Positions 13,041 to 19,056 of a stretch of DNA of 19,056 nt are shown piece after piece; position 1 is the first letter of the stretch; each line of letters begins with the position of its first letter. This stretch comes from a virus. Its lineage: Duplodnaviria > Heunggongvirae > Uroviricota > Caudoviricetes. The stretch spans positions 1 through 19,056 of IMG/VR virus record IMGVR_UViG_2713896899_000019; one strand, written 5' to 3'. The position numbers and the translations under genes are program-made. The notes under the pieces were generated by a model. That model searched no databases, was not told where the DNA came from, and saw only the letters and a list, made by a program, of their open reading frames with translations.

Positions 13041-13972
13041 CATTTCAGCCCTTTTAAAAAGCGTTCGAAATTATGGAATTCAAGTTCATCCGCTGTCGAT
13101 GAGTATTTTATTTTGTTTGCGATGGGACGCAGATTTTTTTTAGTTAGGAATTTACTGGCTTCATGTTTCAGTTTTTTTAATCGCTTGATTCGTTCTTCGA
13201 TTGAACTGGCAATTTTGGCAACATTAGAAATTTCTGGGCTTGGGGCTGTTTGTAGATCAATACACTGAATTTTTTTTAGATCTTCTTTGAGCGCAACAAA
13301 AAAATCACGAAGATTGTTTTCTGGTAAAAGAACATGACTAAATGATACTTTTCCTATGTAGAATTCACTTATTGCCTCTCCAGACTCGCGCATGTGTTCA
13401 TTCATTGCGAACAGAATTGTTTTGGTATTCTTATCAGTTTCCACTTCAGAAAGGGTTACAAGGCCTGTCTGGCTCTTGGTCAAAAAACGAATTTCTGTAG
13501 CACCAAGTCTTCCGGAGTAATTGGAATTTTTACTATTTTCGATGGTAGAAGATAGATAATCTATTGTGGGTTTGATATTTCGTATCGTTTCAATATTTTT
13601 TTGCCACTCTTCACATTTACTTTTTGCGGTGCTAATAATTTCCCGATTGGTTTCGAGTTGCATAAATTTATTGAAACTAAGAACGTTTTCACCAAATTCC
13701 ACACCAAATTCGTTTTTACCACATTTATTTCCGATGTTGGTTTCAATGCCACTAGATGTTTTTACAATATAACCCATTTGATGTGGTTGGTTGCAACCAG
13801 TTAGACCACAGTGGATTTCTTCTTTAAATTTGTAGTAACCAATTATCTCCTCAAGTTGTTGAACTCCTTTGTCTATAGTGGTGACAAAGTTTGGTCTGGA
13901 TATAATTTCCTCCCAGTTTTCAAGTTTCTCGATGCCGTTTTCAGTTCTGAGAAAAATCATGAATCGCTCCAT
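13040..13972 (-). CDS. Orphan 310-aa protein of unknown function (alternative start at 13960, giving 306 aa); candidate moron/defence gene
   Basis: This is the only long minus-strand ORF in the rightward half of the window. It is markedly AT-rich: spot counts of 60-nt lines give about one third G+C, against about one half in Q. GGAG lies 6 nt before the second ATG (13960). A terminator hairpin sits immediately 3' of the gene. I recognise no family. Confidence 0.75.
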   Translation of the reverse strand: MERFMIFLRTENGIEKLENWEEIISRPNFVTTIDKGVQQLEEIIGYYKFKEEIHCGLTGCNQPHQMGYIVKTSSGIETNIGNKCGKNEFGVEFGENVLSFNKFMQLETNREIISTAKSKCEEWQKNIETIRNIKPTIDYLSSTIENSKNSNYSGRLGATEIRFLTKSQTGLVTLSEVETDKNTKTILFAMNEHMRESGEAISEFYIGKVSFSHVLLPENNLRDFFVALKEDLKKIQCIDLQTAPSPEISNVAKIASSIEERIKRLKKLKHEASKFLTKKNLRPIANKIKYSSTADELEFHNFERFLKGLK

Positions 13973-14074
13973 TTGAAAGTGGACCGTTTATTTTATCGGC
14001 ATAAAAATGAGAACACCACAAGTTATTTTATTACCGAATACTTGGTAAAGATGGGTAACTTCGCCACACAGCTT

Positions 14075-14098
14075 AAACCCGCCGCCGTGCGGTTTTTT
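14075..14098 (+). terminator. tR'-like terminator of the short late-promoter leader transcript
   Basis: A short GC stem (ccgc/gcgg, 14079-14092) is followed by T6 (14093-14098). The next bases (tctgcacaacaggtaagagcatt) match, from memory, the sequence just after lambda tR'. The late promoter itself should lie at 13973-14060, but I could not fix its hexamers. Confidence 0.5.
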
Positions 14099-14369
14099 GT
14101 CTGCACAACAGGTAAGAGCATTCTCCCTTATGGGGCTTGGCTTAAATGCACTGAGTGCTCTTATCGTTGTGCTGAATTAAGCGAATACCGGAAGCAGAAC
14201 CGGATCACCAAATGCGTACAGGCGTCATCGCCGCCCAGCAACAGCACAACCCAAACTGAGCCGTAGCCACTGGCTGTCCTGAATTCATCAGTGATAGTTA
14301 CGCTGCGGCCTTCTTTTCCCCATTCCCAATATAAGAACTACGCAATCCGTTACTTGCGGAGGCGTTGCT
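14099..14369 (+). promoter_or_regulatory. Long untranslated late-operon leader, lambda-like at the nucleotide level
   Basis: The stretch gctgaattaagcgaataccggaagcagaaccggatcaccaaatgcgtacaggcgtcatcgccgcccagcaacagcacaacccaaactgagccgtagccactg is nearly identical to my memory of lambda DNA between tR' and S. I accept no ORF here. Confidence 0.45.
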
Positions 14370-14585
14370 ATGAAATCCATGGACAAAATTTCAACGGGCA
14401 TTGCCTACGGCACCTCCGCAGGCAGTGCTGGCTACTGGTTTTTACAGTGGCTTGATCAGGTCAGTCCGTCACAGTGGGCTGCGATTGGTGTACTGGGGAG
14501 TCTGGTTCTGGGCTTCCTGACTTATCTGACAAATCTGTACTTCAAAATCAGAGAAGACAAGCGTAAGGCTGCACGGGGAGAGTAA
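14370..14585 (+). CDS. S: Phage-21-type pinholin (71 aa, dual-start MKSM motif)
   Basis: The sequence [71 protein letters not shown] matches S21 as I recall it. It has two TM segments, Met1/Met4 dual starts and a charged C-terminus. Confidence 0.85.
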   Translation: MKSMDKISTGIAYGTSAGSAGYWFLQWLDQVSPSQWAAIGVLGSLVLGFLTYLTNLYFKIREDKRKAARGE

Positions 14586-14589
14586 TTCA

Positions 14590-14940
14590 ATGACTCAAAA
14601 CTATGAACTGATTGTGAAAGGGATCCGCAATTTTGAGAATAAAGTTACGGTAACTTTAGCGTTACGGGACAAAAAACGCTTTGACGGTGAAATTTTTGAC
14701 CTGGACATCTCGCTGGACCGTGTTGAAGGTGCCGCGCTGGAGTTTTATGAGGCAGCAGCCAGAAGGGGCATCAGACAGGTCTTCCTGGATGTTGCTGCCG
14801 GGTTATGTGAAGGGGATGAGCAGTCGCCGGAAAAGCGCCCCGTAATTTTAGATGCGCAGAATGTGTGGATAACCCACAAAGGAAAGCTACCAGGAAGAAT
14901 TACTGGTTCTCTGAAGACTCCTCCAGAATCACAACCTTAA
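14590..14940 (+). CDS. YdfR/DUF1327-like protein inserted between holin and endolysin (116 aa)
   Basis: The N-terminal ~70 aa (MTQNYELIVKGIRNFENKVTVT...RVEGAALEFYEAAARR) resemble E. coli Qin prophage YdfR as I remember it. There is a GGGGAGAG Shine-Dalgarno sequence upstream. Confidence 0.6.
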   Translation: MTQNYELIVKGIRNFENKVTVTLALRDKKRFDGEIFDLDISLDRVEGAALEFYEAAARRGIRQVFLDVAAGLCEGDEQSPEKRPVILDAQNVWITHKGKLPGRITGSLKTPPESQP

Positions 14941-15003
14941 GTCACTGACCGGAACAGATAAACCTGTCCGTGGGCAGAAACCGATAAATCCTGATAAATA
15001 TCC

Positions 15004-15537
15004 ATGAACGCAAAAATCAGATACGGCCTGTCGGCTGCCGTTCTGGCACTGATTGCCGTCGGTGCGCCCGCTCCTGATATTCTCGACCAGTTTCTGGATG
15101 AAAAAGAAGGTAACCACACAACGGCATACCGCGATGGGTCCGGCATCTGGACCATCTGTCGGGGTGCCACGATGGTGGATGGAAAACCCGTTTTTCCCGG
15201 TATGAAACTGTCGAAGGAAAAATGCGACCAGGTCAACGCCATTGAGCGTGATAAGGCGCTGGCATGGGTGGAGCGCAATATTAAAGTACCACTGACCGAA
15301 CCACAAAAAGCGGGTATCGCGTCATTTTGTCCCTATAACATTGGCCCCGGTAAGTGTTTTCCGTCGACGTTTTATAAGCGACTGAATGCCGGTGATCGTA
15401 AAGGTGCATGCGAGGCGATTCGCTGGTGGATAAAAGATGGTGGGCGCGATTGCCGCATACGTTCAAATAACTGCTATGGACAGGTTATTCGTCGTGACCA
15501 GGAAAGCGCATTAGCCTGTTGGGGGATAGATCAGTGA
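15004..15537 (+). CDS. R: SAR (signal-anchor-release) endolysin, T4-lysozyme/GH24 family (177 aa)
   Basis: The N-terminal Ala/Gly-rich weakly hydrophobic segment ([18 protein letters not shown]) is SAR-like. The catalytic spacing E-x8-D-x5-T is visible in [16 protein letters not shown]. The gene follows a pinholin. Confidence 0.85.
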   Translation: MNAKIRYGLSAAVLALIAVGAPAPDILDQFLDEKEGNHTTAYRDGSGIWTICRGATMVDGKPVFPGMKLSKEKCDQVNAIERDKALAWVERNIKVPLTEPQKAGIASFCPYNIGPGKCFPSTFYKRLNAGDRKGACEAIRWWIKDGGRDCRIRSNNCYGQVIRRDQESALACWGIDQ

Positions 15538-15998
15538 GCAGAGTCGCCGCGATTATTTATGCTCTGGTTATCTGCATCATCGTCTGCCTGTCGTGGGCGG
15601 TCAATCATTACCGTGATAACGCCATCGCCTACAAAGAACAGCGTGATAAAAAAGTCAGTGAGCTGAAGCAGGCGATCGCCACCATCGCTGACATGCAGCA
15701 GCGTCAGCGTGATGTTGCTGCTCTCGATGCAAAGTACTCGAGAGAATTAGCCAATGCGAAAGCTGAAAATGAAACTCTGCGCGCTGATGTTGCCGCTGGT
15801 CGTCGTCGGTTGCACATCAAAGCAGTCTGTCAGTCAGTGCGTGAAGCCACCACCGCCTCCGGCGTGGATAATGCAACCAGCCCCCGACTGGAAGACACCG
15901 CTGAACGGGATTATTTCACCCTCAGAGAGCGGCTGATGACGATGCAGATGCAACTGGAAGGGGCACAGGAGTATATCCGCACTCAGTGCATTAAGTAG
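15534..15998 (+). CDS. Rz: Rz i-spanin (154 aa from the GTG at 15534)
   Basis: From [30 protein letters not shown] onward the protein is near-collinear with lambda Rz as I recall it. The GTGA overlap with the endolysin stop favours 15534 over the TTG at 15519 used by the ORF track. Confidence 0.85.
   Translation: MSRVAAIIYALVICIIVCLSWAVNHYRDNAIAYKEQRDKKVSELKQAIATIADMQQRQRDVAALDAKYSRELANAKAENETLRADVAAGRRRLHIKAVCQSVREATTASGVDNATSPRLEDTAERDYFTLRERLMTMQMQLEGAQEYIRTQCIK
15754..15936 (+). CDS. Rz1: Rz1 o-spanin lipoprotein, fully embedded in Rz in the +1 frame (60 aa)
   Basis: It has a lipobox (LPLVVVGC) and a proline-rich mature region ([18 protein letters not shown]). It is closely lambda-Rz1-like. 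Confidence 0.8.
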   Translation: MRKLKMKLCALMLPLVVVGCTSKQSVSQCVKPPPPPAWIMQPAPDWKTPLNGIISPSESG

Positions 15999-16040
15999 CC
16001 TTTTTATCGTGGTAAACATTTCGCAGGGTATGAGGTATTT

Positions 16041-16391
16041 ATGCCATCACTAATTCCACGTGCCTGCCGTAAGCGTGGATGTGCAGGTACAACCACAGAC
16101 AGTTCTGGTTACTGCGATAAACATCGTGGCGAAGGATGGGTACAGCATCAACGCGGACTGAGTCGCCACCAGCGTGGCTATGGCTCGAAATGGGATGCCA
16201 TACGTGCGCGCATACTGAAGCGTGATAATCATCTGTGTCAGAACTGCCTGCGCAATGGGAGAGCCGTTGAAGCCAGAACTGTGGACCACATCATTCCGAA
16301 AGCTCATGGTGGCACGGATGCAGACAGTAACCTGCAGAGTCTGTGCTGGCCCTGTCATAAAGCAAAAACAGCGCGCGAACGCATCAATTGA
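16041..16391 (+). CDS. HNH endonuclease, packaging-associated (116 aa)
   Basis: The H-N-H motif is DHIIPKAHGGTDADSNLQSLCWPCHKAKT, with N-terminal Cys pairs. The gene is adjacent to the terminase genes, as in HK97-type phages. Confidence 0.85.
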   Translation: MPSLIPRACRKRGCAGTTTDSSGYCDKHRGEGWVQHQRGLSRHQRGYGSKWDAIRARILKRDNHLCQNCLRNGRAVEARTVDHIIPKAHGGTDADSNLQSLCWPCHKAKTARERIN

Positions 16392-16539
16392 TAACAGTTC
16401 CCATCTGTAGGGGAGGGGCGGGTCAAATCTCTGCAGCCCTGGCTGCTCAGTACCGCCGCCTGACCCTTCCTCACATCGCCGCAGGTTCGAAAACTTTTTT
16501 TTGGAAATGTGATTAAACGATTGATAGGTAAAACCGATT
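16392..16539. other. Candidate cos / terminase-recognition region
   Basis: Non-coding gap between the HNH and terS genes. It contains nested symmetry: GGGTCA (16420-16425) with TGACCC (16461-16466), flanking the 14-bp palindrome GCAGCCctGGCTGC (16433-16446). It also contains a T8 run (16495-16502). The location is the one expected for HK97/P27-type cos phages. Confidence 0.35.
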
Positions 16540-17022
16540 ATGCCAGGACCCCCGAAAACCCCGCCACGCCTGCATTTGATACGAGGCAACCCCTCAAAAC
16601 GCCCCGTTAAAGACCCCAAAAAAACCGCTAAAAAGGATGAAAAAGGTCTCCCTAAAATTCCGCAACATTTAGGGGCACAGGGGAAGTACTGGTTCAGGCG
16701 AATGGCGGAAGAATTGAATGCGGAAGGGATCATTTCTCAGCTTGATGCGCGTGCACTCGAGTTACTGGTGGAAGCCTACACCGAATACCGGCATCACTGC
16801 GAAACACTCGATGTTGAGGGTTATACCTACCGCACGGAAACGCAGAATGGCGATGTGATGATCAAGGCACATCCGGCTGCGGCGATGAAGGCGGATGCCT
16901 GGAAGCGGATCCGGGCGATGCTTGCAGAGTTTGGTATGTCACCGGCAAGCCGGGCTAAAGTAAATACCGCCGGACCGGATGATGTTGATCCACTGGCAGA
17001 GCTTTTAAAAGCGAGAGACTGA
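16540..17022 (+). CDS. terS: Terminase small subunit, P27 family (160 aa)
   Basis: The N-terminus (MPGPPKTPPRLHLIRGNPSKRP) and the central region (ALELLVEAYTEYRHHCETL...KAHPAAAM...FGMSPASRAKV) are typical of P27-family small terminases. The stop overlaps the terL start. Confidence 0.85.
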   Translation: MPGPPKTPPRLHLIRGNPSKRPVKDPKKTAKKDEKGLPKIPQHLGAQGKYWFRRMAEELNAEGIISQLDARALELLVEAYTEYRHHCETLDVEGYTYRTETQNGDVMIKAHPAAAMKADAWKRIRAMLAEFGMSPASRAKVNTAGPDDVDPLAELLKARD

Positions 17023-18779
17023 TGGCAAAAGTGGCTGACGGGATCCGTTACGCCGAACGTGTTGTTGCAGGAGAAATTGTTGCTGGCGAATTTGTCCGTC
17101 TGGCCTGCCAGCGTTTTCTTGATGATCTGAAGTACGGCGAAGAGCGGGGGATTTATTTCAGTGAACCCCGTGCACAGCACATCCTGAATTTCTACAAATT
17201 TGTGCCCCATGTGAAAGGGGCGCTGGCAGGCCAGCCCATTGAGTTGATGGACTGGCATGTATTTATCCTCATTAATATTTTTGGTTTTGTCATTCCGCTG
17301 GTGAATGAAGAGACCGGGGAAGTTGTCATGCGCAGCGATGGCAGCGGACGCCCGGTGATGGTGCGCCGGTTCCGGACGGCGTACAACGAAGTCGCCCGTA
17401 AAAACGCAAAATCAACCCTGTCATCGGGTATCGGCCTGTATATGACGGGGGCAGATGGTGAAGGCGGTGCTGAGGTGTATTCAGCCGCAACCACGCGTGA
17501 CCAGGCCAGAATCGTGTTTGAAGACGCCAAAAATATGGTCAGAAAAGCCCGGTCGACACTCGGGCGGTTGTTTGATTTCAACAAGCTGGCGATTTACCAG
17601 GAGCAGAGCGCATCAAAATTTGAACCGCTTTCCTCGGATGCAAACAACCTGGATGGTCTGAACATCCACTGCGCCATTATTGATGAGCTGCATGCACATA
17701 AAACCCGTGACGTGTGGGACGTTCTGGAAACGGCAACCGGTGCCCGTCTGCAGTCCCTGTTATTTGGCATCACCACGGCTGGCTTTAACAAGGAAGGGAT
17801 TTGTTACGAGCAACGCGATTACGCCATCAAGGTATTGCGAGGCTATAACAGCGACGTGGAGGGCGCGGTAAAAGACGACTCCTACTTTGCAATTATTTAC
17901 ACGCTCGATGAGGGAGATGATCCGTTTGATGAAACGGTCTGGCAGAAAGCGAATCCCGGCCTGGGCATCTGTAAACGCTGGGATGATCTGCGTCGTCTGG
18001 CGAAAAAAGCGAAGGAACAGGTCTCTGCGCGGGTGAATTTTTTCACGAAACACATGAATGTGTGGGTCACTGCCGAATCTGCCTGGATGGACATGATTAA
18101 GTGGGAGAAGTGCGAATACATTGCTCCACAGCATGAGCTGAAAACATATCCCATGTGGGTCGGCGTCGACCTTGCTCATAAGATTGATATCTGTGCGGCG
18201 GCAAAGCTCTGGCGAACCGATAACGGACATGTTCATGCCGATTTTAAATTCTGGCTTCCGGAAGGACGGCTGGAACGATGCTCGCGGCAGCAGGCAGAAC
18301 TTTACCGGAAGTGGGCAGAGATGGGGAAACTCATCCTGACGGATGGTGATGTTATCTATCATGCTCAGATAAAAAGTGACTTACTGGAATGGATTGGTGG
18401 TGAAAACCTGAGGGAACTGGGATTTGACCCGTGGAGTGCAATGCAGTTCAGTCTGGCGCTGGCTGAAGAAGGGATACCGCTGGTGGAAGTTCCGCAGACG
18501 GTCCGCAATCTGTCAGAGGCCATGAAGGAAACGGAATCACTGGTCTATGCCGGGCGTTTCCATCACAGCAATCATCCGGTCATGAACTGGATGATGTCTA
18601 ACGTTACGGTAAAACCGGACAAAAACGACAACATCTTCCCGAATAAATCCACGCCGGAAGCCAAAATCGACGGCCCTGTTGCGATGTTTACAGCAATGAG
18701 CCGGATGCTGGTCAATGGCGGTGAACCGGAGCCGGATCTGTCTGAACATCTGATTAGTGTTGGTATCCGCTCGCTTTAA
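17022..18779 (+). CDS. terL: Terminase large subunit (585 aa)
   Basis: The size, the ATPase-like motifs ([14 protein letters not shown]) and the C-terminal nuclease region fit the family. The gene is coupled to terS by an ATGA overlap. Confidence 0.9.
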   Translation: MAKVADGIRYAERVVAGEIVAGEFVRLACQRFLDDLKYGEERGIYFSEPRAQHILNFYKFVPHVKGALAGQPIELMDWHVFILINIFGFVIPLVNEETGEVVMRSDGSGRPVMVRRFRTAYNEVARKNAKSTLSSGIGLYMTGADGEGGAEVYSAATTRDQARIVFEDAKNMVRKARSTLGRLFDFNKLAIYQEQSASKFEPLSSDANNLDGLNIHCAIIDELHAHKTRDVWDVLETATGARLQSLLFGITTAGFNKEGICYEQRDYAIKVLRGYNSDVEGAVKDDSYFAIIYTLDEGDDPFDETVWQKANPGLGICKRWDDLRRLAKKAKEQVSARVNFFTKHMNVWVTAESAWMDMIKWEKCEYIAPQHELKTYPMWVGVDLAHKIDICAAAKLWRTDNGHVHADFKFWLPEGRLERCSRQQAELYRKWAEMGKLILTDGDVIYHAQIKSDLLEWIGGENLRELGFDPWSAMQFSLALAEEGIPLVEVPQTVRNLSEAMKETESLVYAGRFHHSNHPVMNWMMSNVTVKPDKNDNIFPNKSTPEAKIDGPVAMFTAMSRMLVNGGEPEPDLSEHLISVGIRSL

Positions 18780-18790
18780 CCGAGGACATT

Positions 18791-18973
18791 ATGTTTCTGA
18801 TAATTCTCGCGCCACTGGTGGGCGTGCTGGGTGCGCTTTTGCTGGCGTATGGTGCCTGGCTGATTTATCCCCCGGCGGGTTTTGTTGTTGCCGGGGCGCT
18901 GTGCCTGTTCTGGTCGTGGCTGGTGGCGCGATATCTCGACCGTACACAGCCGTCTGTCGGCGGAGGTAAATAG
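18791..18973 (+). CDS. Small two-TM membrane protein (60 aa)
   Basis: ORF between terL and the portal gene with two hydrophobic segments ([24 protein letters not shown] and [17 protein letters not shown]). Confidence 0.5.
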   Translation: MFLIILAPLVGVLGALLLAYGAWLIYPPAGFVVAGALCLFWSWLVARYLDRTQPSVGGGK

Positions 18974-19056
18974 TGTTCTTTTCGGGATTATTTCAACGAA
19001 AAAGTGACGCGCCGGTGACCACGCCAGCAGAGCTGGCGGATGCTATCGGGCTGTCA
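18973..19056 (+). CDS. Portal protein, N-terminal 28 codons only (GTG start; truncated by the window end)
   Basis: The GTG overlaps the preceding TAG. The translation [28 protein letters not shown] runs open to the window edge. The position after terL and my recollection of HK97-family portal N-termini support the call. Confidence 0.55.
   Translation, partial: MFFSGLFQRKSDAPVTTPAELADAIGLS

Noticed and set aside
13134-13304. Homopolymer runs inside the orphan gene (T8 at 13134-13141 and at 13270-13277, T7 at 13172-13178, A7 at 13298-13304) as possible phase-variation or slippage switches
   Set aside because: All of them encode Lys-Lys or Phe-Phe in an AT-rich gene, which is expected from composition alone. 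Runs of 7-8 are short for efficient slippage in enterobacteria, and no alternative frame gives a sensible product.
13811-14266. A 151-aa plus-strand ORF spanning the 5' end of the orphan gene, the late promoter region, the tR'-like terminator and the lambda-like leader
   Set aside because: It runs antisense through a better-supported gene and straight across a terminator. It then continues into DNA that I recall as non-coding in lambda. It has no convincing Shine-Dalgarno sequence and is most likely a chance ORF.
13973-14369. Possible tRNA genes between Q and the holin, as carried by Stx-type lambdoid phages
   Set aside because: Reading both strands, I could not build any cloverleaf with acceptor, D, anticodon and T arms or a GTTCGAATC-like T-loop. 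The segment instead matches a lambda-like leader. A tRNAscan-SE run would settle it.
15519-15533. The TTG start for Rz given by the ORF track
   Set aside because: The GTG at 15534 reproduces the lambda-Rz-like N-terminus (SRVAAII...) and forms a GTGA overlap with the endolysin stop. The five extra residues have no counterpart.
16050-17584. Minus-strand ORFs of 227, 143 and 130 aa across the HNH gene, the cos region, terS and the terL 5' end
   Set aside because: They are antisense to well-supported packaging genes, and one crosses an intergenic region. Their composition is typical of shadow frames in GC-balanced genes.
17760-18362. A 200-aa minus-strand ORF and smaller ORFs inside terL
   Set aside because: This is an antisense shadow of the terminase large subunit with no independent support.
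1-19056. CRISPR arrays, IS elements or transposases, rRNA, and long tandem or direct repeats
   Set aside because: Reading through both strands turned up no repeat-spacer periodicity, no transposase-like ORF and no terminal inverted repeats bracketing a segment. This was a visual scan only, not a computed repeat search.

Overview
This window is the integrase-proximal ~19 kb of a mosaic lambdoid prophage of the enterobacterial type. All calls rest on reading the translations and the DNA by eye; no searches were run.

Layout, left to right:
- int and xis (minus strand).
- A long, translationally coupled early-left operon of mostly unrecognisable small genes (minus strand).
- An immunity region: PL/OL, a LexA-like CI repressor, OR/PR and a Cro-like gene.
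- A non-lambda replication module: a small nuclease-fold protein, an SF2 DEAH helicase, a Zn-ribbon/Toprim primase and a 285-aa unknown.
- A Q-type late antiterminator carrying DnaJ-like zinc fingers.
- A lambda-like tR' and late leader.
- A phage-21-type lysis cassette: pinholin, one extra gene, SAR endolysin and nested Rz/Rz1.
- An HK97/P27-type packaging module: HNH endonuclease, a likely cos region, TerS, TerL, a small membrane protein and the start of the portal gene.

No tRNA, rRNA, CRISPR array, IS element or transposase was seen.

The best candidate for something undescribed is a visibly AT-rich 310-aa gene on the opposite strand at 13040-13972. It has its own terminator and sits exactly between Q and the late promoter/tR', the classic moron/toxin/defence locus of lambdoid phages. 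I recognise no family for it.

Secondary items:
- A PL-proximal trio of small genes at 5704-6501.
- A 250-bp non-coding island with a 22-nt polypurine tract and twin TGTAC-N10-GTACA sites at 7881-8129.
- The small nuclease-fold gene that heads the helicase-primase module.
- A six-site operator family shared by OL and OR.
- Several hydrophobic micro-ORFs below the 60-aa cutoff of the ORF track.
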